Shown here piece after piece: positions 36,137 to 45,095 of a DNA stretch of 64,000 nucleotides; position 1 is the first letter of the stretch, and every line of letters begins with the position of its first letter. The DNA is from a virus, in IMG/VR virus record IMGVR_UViG_3300009509_000001, positions 96,001 through 160,000 of that record; one strand, given 5' to 3'. Under the pieces are notes generated by a model, which saw only the letters and a list, made by a program, of their open reading frames with translations, was not told the origin of the DNA and ran no database searches. Position numbers and translations under genes: made by a program.

Positions 36137-36504
36137 GGTTCGATCTCCTCTATTATGAATGCCGCAAGCGGCTGATCGTCGTTGTCGGAGTCCTGCAGCT
36201 CGACCATGTTGTCGTTGACCTCCACGGCCTTGACGCAACTGGCCACCCGTATGAGCGGGCTGTCCAGATACTCCTTGTAGAGTCCCAGGAAATCCGTTTC
36301 GTTGTCAACCGGGAATTCCTGGTCCTCGCTCATTTTCATCTTGTCGTTCCAGACCCAAAGCCCCTGCTCGTCCTTGACGGCGTCGATGTACCACAGGGTC
36401 GCGCGGTACTTGGGGACTACGGCCTTCATCTTCTCCTCGAGCAGCCGTTTGTAATGCAGCTCGTTCGCGGACTGACGTCTGGCCTTCTCTTCGTCATGAT
36501 TCAT
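36133..36504 (-). CDS. Hypothetical protein (123 aa)
   Basis: SD CTGGAGAAC. Confidence 0.7.
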   Translation of the reverse strand: MNHDEEKARRQSANELHYKRLLEEKMKAVVPKYRATLWYIDAVKDEQGLWVWNDKMKMSEDQEFPVDNETDFLGLYKEYLDSPLIRVASCVKAVEVNDNMVELQDSDNDDQPLAAFIIEEIEP

Positions 36505-36568
36505 GGTGGTTCTCCAGAAAAGAGGCTACGCACGGCCCGTGGACTGACCGCGCGTAACCAGGGTGGTA

Positions 36569-36982
36569 CTAACTCTCTATCGGCCGGTCCTTCGTCTCGC
36601 TGACGCACAAGGTTCCACACTCCTTGCATTTGTAAGCGGCCTCGTTGTTGATGCCGAGATCGTCGTCGTCGAGATTCTCAACGTGCTCGAACAGGTTGGC
36701 CTTGTGCCGAGCCAGATCGCCGTCCATCTCCTCGAGGTTCTCGCAGTCCGGGTTCGGGCAGGTGATCCACCGCTCGTACTTGGTCTCAAGCTCCTCGGTC
36801 TCCTCGATGACTTCGACGTCGGTGTAGGCGGACTGAACGTCGATAACCTTCCTGCTGGTGAAGTCGATGTCGCCGACCATGCCGAGCGCCTTCTGATGGA
36901 TAAGCTCCAGATCATTGGCTTCGACTTCGACGACGGCTTCGCGGACCTCGGTACGCTGGAACGTGACTTTTGCCTTAATCAT
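36569..36982 (-). CDS. Hypothetical protein with Zn-ribbon (137 aa)
   Basis: CPNPDC..CKEC. Confidence 0.7.
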   Translation of the reverse strand: MIKAKVTFQRTEVREAVVEVEANDLELIHQKALGMVGDIDFTSRKVIDVQSAYTDVEVIEETEELETKYERWITCPNPDCENLEEMDGDLARHKANLFEHVENLDDDDLGINNEAAYKCKECGTLCVSETKDRPIES

Positions 36983-37400
36983 CGCCGCGCACCTCACGGA
37001 GCGTCATCTCGATGTTGGCCGTGGACTTGATCTCCTGATCACGCGCCTCGTCCCTGGTCCGTCGTACGGCCTGGTGCTCGAACGCCATGCTGCGGACGAC
37101 GTTCTCGTACTGTTCGCCGGTGATCCGGCGGTAGTCCAGCTCCGTGGTGAGTTCGCTCATGACGATGCGCTCGCCATGCTCGACCACGTCGAACGGGTGG
37201 GTGTTTAGCTCCCAGACGTGGCACTCGGCCACGGGAGGTTCGACACTGGTGTCCAGCCGCTCGACGTTCACCACGCGGTCGCGCCGCGCGAAGTACATCG
37301 GGCCTGCCTTGGTCTTCTCCTCGAGCTCGTTGACGATGTCGTAGAGCTCGTCGCTGAGATCACTCAGCCGTTCATAGGTCGTCTTGGGATGCTTAGGCAT
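36975..37400 (-). CDS. Hypothetical protein (141 aa)
   Basis: Operon-packed. Confidence 0.7.
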   Translation of the reverse strand: MPKHPKTTYERLSDLSDELYDIVNELEEKTKAGPMYFARRDRVVNVERLDTSVEPPVAECHVWELNTHPFDVVEHGERIVMSELTTELDYRRITGEQYENVVRSMAFEHQAVRRTRDEARDQEIKSTANIEMTLREVRGDD

Positions 37401-37611
37401 CTTCGTAGTCCTCCTCGTAGTCGTCGTTTATCTGTATGCGGGCCTCGAGACAGATCTCTCCGTCGAGTGCCGCAACGCACACGTCCTTCAGCGGGACGTC
37501 GTTCTTCTTGGCGATCTCCTTCACCCTGTCCACGAATGCGGGGAACGGTAGGAGGTTGTCGACCACATCGAGGGTCTCGTAGTCGTAGTCTTCAGGGTCT
37601 TTTTTACCCAT
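37393..37611 (-). CDS. Hypothetical protein (72 aa)
   Basis: ATG 37611 after CTGGAGAAC. Confidence 0.65.
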   Translation of the reverse strand: MGKKDPEDYDYETLDVVDNLLPFPAFVDRVKEIAKKNDVPLKDVCVAALDGEICLEARIQINDDYEEDYEDA

Positions 37612-37933
37612 CGTGGTTCTCCAGTTCTGGGACTTCGAATCCGGCTGCGAACAGGTCCTGGTCAATGACCGCCTGCAGCTTGTCGAATATCCGTTGATGT
37701 TCGTGAGGGTCAAAACGCTTGATCCTCGTGTAGTCGCCGTGCCCGGTCGGGCACAGCTCGTTGAGCGCGCGGTCCACCAGGAACCTGACGGTCTGCGGCT
37801 CGTAGTTGCAGAAGCGGTCGAGCTCACCCGAGTCGAACGCCTCCACGACGACGCTGCAGGTGCTCCACAGCACTTCCTTGCGCAGGAAGTCCCACGCCTC
37901 CTGGGTCAGCGGGTCGTTGAGTTTGAATTTCAC
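37604..37933 (-). CDS. Hypothetical protein (109 aa)
   Basis: GTG after AAGGA. Confidence 0.7.
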   Translation of the reverse strand: MKFKLNDPLTQEAWDFLRKEVLWSTCSVVVEAFDSGELDRFCNYEPQTVRFLVDRALNELCPTGHGDYTRIKRFDPHEHQRIFDKLQAVIDQDLFAAGFEVPELENHDG

Positions 37934-38322
37934 CGTTTCTTCCTTTTCGGGGTTTTGATGTCAGTGAAGTCTTCGAGACCTCCCAGACAGGTTATCGTCA
38001 GGCAGTGGTCCGGTGAGATGTCGAGACACTCCTTGACGTGGTTGTGCATGTCGTCGCCGTCGAAGTCGGTCAGATCGCCGCGGCTCTGGAAGAACTTGCG
38101 GTACACGTCGGGCGGATGCCCGTCGACGAAGTGCGTGTCGGTGTGGACTTCCACCATGAAGATCTTGACGTAGGGTTTGAACTTCTCGATCTTCTCGAAC
38201 AGCAGGCAGTGCTCGCAGCTGACCCAGGTGTCGTCCTCCTTCAGCCCGTGTTCGCCGATGGCGTCGGTCCGAAGGATGTGGGGTCCGTCGGAGCCGCAGC
38301 GGGGGCAGACGAAGTCAGGCAT
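37930..38322 (-). CDS. Hypothetical protein with Zn-ribbon (130 aa)
   Basis: CPRC..CEHC. Confidence 0.7.
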   Translation of the reverse strand: MPDFVCPRCGSDGPHILRTDAIGEHGLKEDDTWVSCEHCLLFEKIEKFKPYVKIFMVEVHTDTHFVDGHPPDVYRKFFQSRGDLTDFDGDDMHNHVKECLDISPDHCLTITCLGGLEDFTDIKTPKRKKR

Positions 38323-38560
38323 TGGCAGCCTGCTTCTTTGCCAGCAGTTCGTCGCGGCGCTGTTCGCAGAGCTTGATCAGCTCGTCGTGTTTGTTGTTGC
38401 CCTTGACGCCGAAGCGCTTCTTGGCCTGGGAGTAGGCGGATTGGCCTCTTCCCTTGAGCCCGACCTTCTCCATTTTGAGCCGGGATTTCAGCTGGCAGAC
38501 CGTGAAGTACTCGGCCTGGTCGGGATCGGTCATGTCGATACAGATGGCTTCTTCGCTCAT
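38315..38560 (-). CDS. Basic hypothetical protein (81 aa)
   Basis: ATG 38560 after AAGGAG. Confidence 0.7.
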   Translation of the reverse strand: MSEEAICIDMTDPDQAEYFTVCQLKSRLKMEKVGLKGRGQSAYSQAKKRFGVKGNNKHDELIKLCEQRRDELLAKKQAANA

Positions 38561-39135
38561 CGGTTCTTCTCCTTTGCGTTGACGACCTCCATGAGGTCGG
38601 TGTTCAGTTTGACGGCGGTCCCGAGCGCCTCGCGGATCTTCGCGGCGGCGGCCTGGGCGTCGTATTCCTTGTTGCGCGCGGCGCCGAGATCCTCGGCCCA
38701 CACGGCTTCGAGTTCCTGGAACAGCGTGTCGACGTCCCTGTCGGCGTGTTCCTCGAATTCCTCCTCCACGGCGCCGCAGTACGATTCCAGCACCGCCTGG
38801 TGATGGGCGTCGATGACGACGAAGACCTGGTCGAGCCGTTCGCAGACGGTCTTGGTGACCCGGCGTGCGCCGATGATGGCGTCGTGCCGGATTCCGAGAA
38901 CCTTCTCGATGGCGTTGAGCTTCTGGGGGATGAACGCATGCTGGTCGTGGATTATGACGAGGTGCTGCAGCTGGTCGCGGATGGCCTGTTCGCGCTCCGC
39001 CGGCGGGAGCCTGGTGTCCTCCACGAGACTAAGGATATTCTTCGCGTGTTGGTAGCGCCCGGCCTTCAGCTTCATCAGATCGTAATGCTGCTTTCTGACG
39101 GTCACCGTTTCTTTGGGGTTTGGTTTTTTCGGCAT
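38557..39135 (-). CDS. Hypothetical coiled-coil protein (192 aa)
   Basis: SD CTGGAGAAC. Confidence 0.75.
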   Translation of the reverse strand: MPKKPNPKETVTVRKQHYDLMKLKAGRYQHAKNILSLVEDTRLPPAEREQAIRDQLQHLVIIHDQHAFIPQKLNAIEKVLGIRHDAIIGARRVTKTVCERLDQVFVVIDAHHQAVLESYCGAVEEEFEEHADRDVDTLFQELEAVWAEDLGAARNKEYDAQAAAAKIREALGTAVKLNTDLMEVVNAKEKNR

Positions 39136-39256
39136 GTGCCTGTTCTCCAGTTTGGCCCGGATTTCGACGCACAGGCCCGATTCCCGGGCCGTACAACGCG
39201 ATTCCGGGGATTTGCGGGTTTGTGTATGGGTGGGGGATTTCGGCGCTTAAAACGCC

Positions 39257-39919
39257 TTAAAACGAGTTTCGGAGTTCCGGGCGCCTTTCGGCCGCCTCGT
39301 CGTACTTGCGTAGCACGTATTCCGACGCGTCGTTCATCATGGCGGTCATCTTCTTGGTGCCGTTGCTGCGGCCGATGTCCGCCAGGAAGCTGCGTTTGCA
39401 CGCCAGGACCGGAACGCGGATGGACTCGTGGTATCCGGGCTCCAGCTGCGAAAGCATGCCCTGCACGTAGAGCAGGATCATGGTGATCCGCACGTGCCGG
39501 GCCTTTGTAGGTATCTTCTCATCCAGTCTCTTCTCGAACTGCGCCCACTGCCAGCTCACGTTGTCTATGAAGCGGCTGCGCTTGTACGGGTCCTGCACGA
39601 ACCCGACGTCCCTGACGATCTCCATCATGGGCGCCAGCAGGCCGAGGCCGTTGACGTGGCGCATGTAGTCGTTGACCACGAACTTCGGGTGGAACGGGTC
39701 CCACCGGACGTCAAGGCGTTCCCACATCATGGTCTGCAGGCGGATGGCGAAGTCCACGACACCATAGCGGTACCGCTTGACCATGTCCTCCCCGCTCCTG
39801 ACGTTGATGCGGTTGGCCGCGTCCTTTGCGGCAAGCTTCTGACCGGTGTAGGCCAGGGTGAACAGCTCATCAGAGCGCATGTTCAGAAGATCAGCGGGGG
39901 TAATCCCGGGTTTTTGCAT
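39257..39919 (-). CDS. Hypothetical protein (~220 aa)
   Basis: ATG 39919 after AGGA. Confidence 0.7.
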   Translation of the reverse strand: MQKPGITPADLLNMRSDELFTLAYTGQKLAAKDAANRINVRSGEDMVKRYRYGVVDFAIRLQTMMWERLDVRWDPFHPKFVVNDYMRHVNGLGLLAPMMEIVRDVGFVQDPYKRSRFIDNVSWQWAQFEKRLDEKIPTKARHVRITMILLYVQGMLSQLEPGYHESIRVPVLACKRSFLADIGRSNGTKKMTAMMNDASEYVLRKYDEAAERRPELRNSF

Positions 39920-40318
39920 AGTCCGATTATCCTGTACGTAGGCAGACATACGACCTGCCGTTAAACATCATCAAGGTTCATGCCCCGGCATATCCGGTAC
40001 CGGAGCGGATCATCATGCTCATACAGTGCGATGTACCGCGGACGATGTCAAACAAGGCGTTTGAAAAACGACGAAGTTTGATGCGTCCGACGGGACTTAT
40101 CACAGTCTCCTGCAATGGCAGGATCAGAGCGGCTGAAAGCTGCTCATCATGCCATTAAGGAGTATACTCTACGAACGGAGTGAGTAGATAGGTAATAGCG
40201 AGCGAGCGCCCGCGACGCGCATTATGCGAGCGAGCACCTGCGCACGCGTAAGCGCGCTCGCGGCCTCACCATGAAATTGAAAAACCGCGCCCCGGCGGAC
40301 CGGAACGCGGCGAGTTTG

Positions 40319-40624
40319 TCACTTCCACGACGGTATCAACGGCAGCGCCAGGAGACATATCGGGTACGATAATATGAATCCAAGCGGGTTCTGCCACAGG
40401 AGCACGACGGCGATGACCCCGAAGACGAGATCGAATCCGTCGGCGTTCTGCATCGTGAGCTTCTTGCATCCGAACATGAAAGTGTGCGCATACACGAAGG
40501 CGATGGTCAACAGACAGAGGATCGGTTGACCCCTGTAAAGTGCCGTGAAGTGGAAAAGACCGAGCATGACGACGGCGAACAATCGCAGTTCGTCTAACGC
40601 ACGGCCCTTGTTTGAAGTAAGCAT
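40319..40624 (-). CDS. Small multi-TM membrane protein (~101 aa)
   Basis: Three to four hydrophobic segments. Confidence 0.55.
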   Translation of the reverse strand: MLTSNKGRALDELRLFAVVMLGLFHFTALYRGQPILCLLTIAFVYAHTFMFGCKKLTMQNADGFDLVFGVIAVVLLWQNPLGFILSYPICLLALPLIPSWK

Positions 40625-40659
40625 GAGACTGCCCTTTACATTGGACAGCAGCAAAGCTC

Positions 40660-40845
40660 TTACTGTTCTTCAGTTCGGGCTCTGTCCAGTACGCGGTCGT
40701 CCGGTCGGATGTCCAGGGGCGTCGGCAGCGGACGGGAATGGGACTTCAGCGTGTGAGTGCCGAACTCCTTCTTCTTGTTGTTCGCGGTCGACTCCGTGTG
40801 ATCCAGCCGTTGGCGGCGAAGGAAATATCTGCTGTTCTGGGACAT
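40660..40845 (-). CDS. Possible small protein (61 aa)
   Basis: ORF in a poorly resolved region; the overlapping 40670-41008 ORF is an alternative. Confidence 0.3.
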   Translation of the reverse strand: MSQNSRYFLRRQRLDHTESTANNKKKEFGTHTLKSHSRPLPTPLDIRPDDRVLDRARTEEQ

Positions 40846-41029
40846 GTTTGCTCAGGCTTTTTACAGCTTCGGCCTTGTGGCCTCGGCTCATTACTCTTCT
40901 GTACGAAACGGGAGTGCCCGCATGCTCCTTCCGGGGCAGCGAGTCCTTAGCAATAAGATACACCCTGAGCGGGGTTCTCGCAAGCGGTCCGGCCGGATCG
41001 TACTGCATACCGGCACTCCCAATGCTTTT

Positions 41030-41800
41030 CTAGTCGGAGCGTCTGGACTTGGACGAGTAGCCACTTTTGATTCCCTGATTCTTCATGAGCTTCAGGGCCT
41101 CGGCGGCCTTTCCCCCCTTCGGCTGCACACCGTGCAGTAGCAGACAGAAACTGTGGTTGCCGGCCATCGCATGATCGTCGTCATGGTCAATGGGCCAACC
41201 GAGTTCCTCCGCTTCGTCGGGGTGATAGACGACGCGCGCTTCATGCAGCTCGTGCTTGTCTATCAGTACGTCGTACATACCGCCTCTCGACGGCGTCAGT
41301 CGCATGTTCTCCGGCAGATCATTACGGAACTGAACATAATACGACAGCGCTTTGGTGTACCCGTAGAAAAGAACGTCGGGGTACAGCGCTGCCACATCCA
41401 TCCACGCCTGAAAGTACTCAGCGGAGAGATAATCCCCTCCCGTGGTATGGATTCGTACGTATCGGGCCTCCGCCGGAATGCTCCGGTCGATGAGGTTCCC
41501 GAGTGCTTCTCGGTCGTGGAGTCCGGTCTCCTTGATCAGGTCGAAGTTCGCCTGGCTGCGTTTCAGCAGGTTCGGGCTTCTGACTTCGCTGCTGGCGCCG
41601 AAGCACCTGAACTCAGTCTTTGGCCCGTCGACGATGTGCATTCGACCGTCAACTATGTCGACTCGGGATCTGCACTGTTTGGCCCACCGGCAGGCGTGAC
41701 CCGCCGGCATGCTGAACGTGTACAGATGGTTCCACCGGCTCAGCTTTGAATTGCCGCGGCCGCTACCGAATAGCAGTTTTGCCGACATTTCAGACGGCAC
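41030..41800 (-). CDS. GP88-like phage protein (256 aa)
   Basis: FSMPAGHAC..C..CFG..VRIH..GD..Y..AW..VA..P..FYGYTK. Confidence 0.75.
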   Translation of the reverse strand: MPSEMSAKLLFGSGRGNSKLSRWNHLYTFSMPAGHACRWAKQCRSRVDIVDGRMHIVDGPKTEFRCFGASSEVRSPNLLKRSQANFDLIKETGLHDREALGNLIDRSIPAEARYVRIHTTGGDYLSAEYFQAWMDVAALYPDVLFYGYTKALSYYVQFRNDLPENMRLTPSRGGMYDVLIDKHELHEARVVYHPDEAEELGWPIDHDDDHAMAGNHSFCLLLHGVQPKGGKAAEALKLMKNQGIKSGYSSKSRRSD

Positions 41801-41845
41801 TCCCTGGTGGGTTCATGTTTTCGGTGTCCTCCTGTTGTTTAGGGG

Positions 41846-42076
41846 TTATATGGTTGTCGGGATGTCCCAGCTCGCCACCAGATCGTCGGGGCTGTCTGCG
41901 CCCAACTGCACCAGGTCAAGCTCTGATACCCACTCACTGACCGCGCAGTCTTCCTGCTGGTAGTCCAGTGCGTCTCGTAGGGTTTCGTAATCGAACGGTG
42001 GGCAGACGGTCAGGATCTGACCGCTCTCGAGCTCCAGTTCGATAACGACTCCGTGGATGTCGTCGTCCATACCCAT
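41846..42076 (-). CDS. Acidic hypothetical protein (76 aa)
   Basis: TAATG-coupled. Confidence 0.6.
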   Translation of the reverse strand: MGMDDDIHGVVIELELESGQILTVCPPFDYETLRDALDYQQEDCAVSEWVSELDLVQLGADSPDDLVASWDIPTTI

Positions 42077-42498
42077 TAGGGATTGAACTTTTCGAAGTCG
42101 GCCATCGCCTTGACGGCGTCTTCGCTGTCCTTGAAATGCAGGTCGTCGACAATGCTCGTGACCTTGGTGAGGAGCGCGAGCTCCGCATCCGACATGCGTT
42201 TGGCGTTGGCGGCCTCGATGCTCTTTACGAGCGCGAAGTTCTTCTTCACCGGCGGCGTTTCGTTGAGAACGTTCAGCTCGAAGTGAGCGTAGTAGTTCTC
42301 GCCTTTGGATTCTTTTTCACACAGAGCCACGAACTTCGTGGGGTTCTCGCGAGCCCACTTGTACCCGATGGTCTTCGTGTCCTCCCTGGAATCTTCCGGG
42401 TCGGGAAGGTTGTTCTTGATGACTTCGAGCTTCGTCTTGCTCATTTCTTCGAGGCGTACCTGTACGCGTTTGATCTGTGACTGGGATACTTTCGCCAT
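42076..42498 (-). CDS. Hypothetical protein (140 aa)
   Basis: SD AAAGGA. Confidence 0.75.
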   Translation of the reverse strand: MAKVSQSQIKRVQVRLEEMSKTKLEVIKNNLPDPEDSREDTKTIGYKWARENPTKFVALCEKESKGENYYAHFELNVLNETPPVKKNFALVKSIEAANAKRMSDAELALLTKVTSIVDDLHFKDSEDAVKAMADFEKFNP

Positions 42499-42524
42499 TG
42501 GCTTTTTCCTTTGTGTTTGATGGT

Positions 42525-42749
42525 TCAGTTGATGCAGACCGCGTTGGGCGTGGTGCCCGGCGGCAGCTTCGACAGGGCGGTGAAGCCGTCGGGTCCGAGG
42601 ACGCCGACGGCCGGCGAGTATACGACCTCGCCGAACCCGTTACCTTCGTCGTCTTCGGCCTGAATGACCTGCAGGTTTGGGGCGGCCGGATGACTTGCCA
42701 GGGCCTCCTGCAGTTCCTTGAGGTACCGATGGGCGAGCTTTTTCGCCAT
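42525..42749 (-). CDS. Hypothetical protein (74 aa)
   Basis: SD AAGGAGAAC; DDEGNGF motif. Confidence 0.7.
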   Translation of the reverse strand: MAKKLAHRYLKELQEALASHPAAPNLQVIQAEDDEGNGFGEVVYSPAVGVLGPDGFTALSKLPPGTTPNAVCIN

Positions 42750-43080
42750 AGTCTTCGTTCTCCTTTTTCTTCTTGGCCTCCTCGAGCTCCACGACTTCCT
42801 CCAGGTTCCGTATGAGCTTGTTCAGCCGGTTCGCGTAATGCTTGTCACCGCTGGTGACGAGCGGGTTCATGCTGACGCCGTCGACGATTCGCTTGAGCGC
42901 ATCGATCGCGTTGGCGATGGCGACCTTGTCGTCGCTCCGCAGATCGCGAAGTTCCTCGAGCCACTGGAGGAACCGCTCGGAGCCTTTTATGACTTCGGGC
43001 GGTTCCTTACCGGTGAGCTCCCGGAGCTCCGCCTGGATCGCTTCGATCGTTTCCGACAGAGTTTCGGGGAGTTTGTCCAT
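42640..43080 (-). CDS. Hypothetical helical protein (~146 aa)
   Basis: TAATG-coupled start at 43080; 3' end overlaps the next gene. Confidence 0.6.
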   Translation of the reverse strand: MDKLPETLSETIEAIQAELRELTGKEPPEVIKGSERFLQWLEELRDLRSDDKVAIANAIDALKRIVDGVSMNPLVTSGDKHYANRLNKLIRNLEEVVELEEAKKKKENEDYGEKARPSVPQGTAGGPGKSSGRPKPAGHSGRRRRR

Positions 43081-43880
43081 TAGAAGAGCATTGCCTCCTG
43101 GGGACGGGCGGCCATGCAGTTCTCCATGATGAACTGGCTGGCCTTGCTCACGATGTCGATGTGGCGGGGCGCCTGACATTTCTGAGCGACGTGGGTGAAA
43201 TCCCCATACAGCTTGAACGCCGTGTTCTTGGGGAAGTCGTCGTACGAGAAGACCGGGTTCTTCCACTCGTCGTAGATGTCGCGCATCCTGGCGGCCGGGA
43301 TGATGCCGGCGGCATCGGCCTCCATGATGATGTACCGCGCCATGTCGTCGCTGCAGTCCGTGGCGCGCATGTCTTCGATGAACTTCACCTGGTTGGCGCA
43401 GTCCTCGATGAACGCCTTCATGGCGACTTCGGTAGCCCAGGTGCGGACGTCGAACAGCGCCGTGTGCTTGTGGCCCGCGAGTTCCTGGCCGCTCATGCAG
43501 CCATTGGTGCAGACCATGAGCTCGGTGCCGGCGTTGATCTTGGCCTTGGCGCTCATGTCGTTGGCGTGCCGCAGGAAGAGCTCGTACTGAGCGTCGACAC
43601 CGCCGGGCATCGCCGGAAGCATGTCGCCCTTGACCTTGAACCCGCCGACGAGCAGGTGCTCGTTGCCGTTGAGCGCGAAGGATGCGTCGACGATCTCCAG
43701 ACCGGTTTCGAGGATCGCGTCGTGGATCGTGCCGACGAATTCGGCGTGAGCGATCGGTTTCCACTGGTGGTTCTTCGCCGTGTCGTTCTTTACGACGTCC
43801 TCGCGGCTCGGAACGGTGATGCAGGCTTTGGTGTTCATGACCTGGTCGAAGGTCATCTTGTTTTCGCCCATAATACGCAT
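43080..43880 (-). CDS. DUF932-family protein (266 aa)
   Basis: WKPIAH..LRHANDMS..AG..VCTNG..KHT..LYGDFT. Confidence 0.75.
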   Translation of the reverse strand: MRIMGENKMTFDQVMNTKACITVPSREDVVKNDTAKNHQWKPIAHAEFVGTIHDAILETGLEIVDASFALNGNEHLLVGGFKVKGDMLPAMPGGVDAQYELFLRHANDMSAKAKINAGTELMVCTNGCMSGQELAGHKHTALFDVRTWATEVAMKAFIEDCANQVKFIEDMRATDCSDDMARYIIMEADAAGIIPAARMRDIYDEWKNPVFSYDDFPKNTAFKLYGDFTHVAQKCQAPRHIDIVSKASQFIMENCMAARPQEAMLF

Positions 43881-43920
43881 GATGGGTTACTCCTTTTGTT
43901 GTTGGATTTTGGTGACTGAC

Positions 43921-43949
43921 TTGAAAATTCGGCGGCACTGCCCTATAAT
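43921..43949 (+). promoter_or_regulatory. sigma70-type promoter TTGAAA-N17-TATAAT
   Basis: Perfect -10; palindrome ATTCTC-N5-GAGAAT (43948-43964) over the start site; SD AAGGAGG downstream. Confidence 0.8.
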
Positions 43950-43983
43950 TCTCTGTATGAGAATATAATAAGGAGGCGCCCCC

Positions 43984-44247
43984 TTGAATAAGAATGACCC
44001 CGAACTAGGGAGACGGGCCTGCCTACGCTGCAACGAATGGTTCGACAGTGAATGGCCAGGCAACCGCATCTGCAAGAAATGCAGCAAGAAGAACGCGAAG
44101 TTGTCCACCGGTCTTCCCGTGTTCGACATCGACAACAGCGGCTACCCCTTGCCGCCAGACCCCGCCGCCGAGGACTTGCCACGCTTCGAGGAGCGAGGAA
44201 CGTCCAGCAGCATACAGAGCAAATCTTCCCACGCCGTCGAGTCATGA
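43984..44247 (+). CDS. Small zinc-finger protein (87 aa)
   Basis: TTG start after AAGGAGG; RACLRCNEWFDSEWPGNRICKKC. Confidence 0.75.
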   Translation: MNKNDPELGRRACLRCNEWFDSEWPGNRICKKCSKKNAKLSTGLPVFDIDNSGYPLPPDPAAEDLPRFEERGTSSSIQSKSSHAVES

Positions 44248-44609
44248 GCGCGGAGACGATCGTACAAGCGGTCCGCCACCTTCATCCAGTTGGTGCAGGC
44301 GGCCTGACCGTTTGCGGGGACTTTCAGTTTCACGGGCTTTCTGGGCTCGCGGAAGCGGAACTCGTAGCGCTTGCGCCGCACCGAGGTGCGGAGATCGCCC
44401 TTCTTGTCGGAAAAGACCTTCTTGTCGAAGCTGGGCTCGACCGTCAGTTGCATGAACATGGCGGCGTCGTCCTCCTTCGGTTTGACCTTCTCGAGCAGGA
44501 ATGCGACCGGACCCGCGTCGGTCCGTTGGAACAAAACGTAGTGGACGGTGGGCACAACGGGCAGTTGTCCGTCCAGGTTCTCCAGTTGCGTTTTGAGGCT
44601 TTGGTGCAT
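44142..44609 (-). CDS. Hypothetical protein (155 aa)
   Basis: SD AAGGAG; convergent with and overlapping the Zn-finger gene. Confidence 0.65.
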   Translation of the reverse strand: MHQSLKTQLENLDGQLPVVPTVHYVLFQRTDAGPVAFLLEKVKPKEDDAAMFMQLTVEPSFDKKVFSDKKGDLRTSVRRKRYEFRFREPRKPVKLKVPANGQAACTNWMKVADRLYDRLRAHDSTAWEDLLCMLLDVPRSSKRGKSSAAGSGGKG

Positions 44610-44654
44610 GGGGGTACTCCTTGATTTTATGCTGAGTTCAGCTAGGTTATTACT

Positions 44655-45095
44655 ATGAAGTGTTATACCATCAACAGGACCGGAAAGCTCCTAAAGACGA
44701 TCGATACGAAGCAGTTGCGGCCGATACTGGAGTCATCGCTTCGTAAGAAGTCGTTGATAGCGTCGGCGCATCCGAAGTTCACGCCCTTCACGCCGTTCAG
44801 TCTGAATGAGCTGAAGGGCGAGCCGGACATGTTTTCGTATGGAACGATGGAGTTGACGAGCAGGGTCAATCCGTTCTCGCGGAACTTGCCGAAGACGGCT
44901 TTCCTGCTGATGTATGAACACGGTAAGTTTTACCCCGATCCGTCGAACGGGGACATGTCGACATCCATCTGGATGTCTACTACGCACACGGTGGTGATGG
45001 CGCTGCCCGGCAAACTCGCATTGCGGGAAATGGCGAACGACACCATCTTTGGTGTGGACAAGAACGGGAAGTTGACGAAGTATCTCGTCAATTAG
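44655..45095 (+). CDS. Hypothetical protein (146 aa), possibly leaderless
   Basis: No SD; TAGGTT lies 6 nt upstream of the ATG; lower GC than neighbours. Confidence 0.65.
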   Translation: MKCYTINRTGKLLKTIDTKQLRPILESSLRKKSLIASAHPKFTPFTPFSLNELKGEPDMFSYGTMELTSRVNPFSRNLPKTAFLLMYEHGKFYPDPSNGDMSTSIWMSTTHTVVMALPGKLALREMANDTIFGVDKNGKLTKYLVN

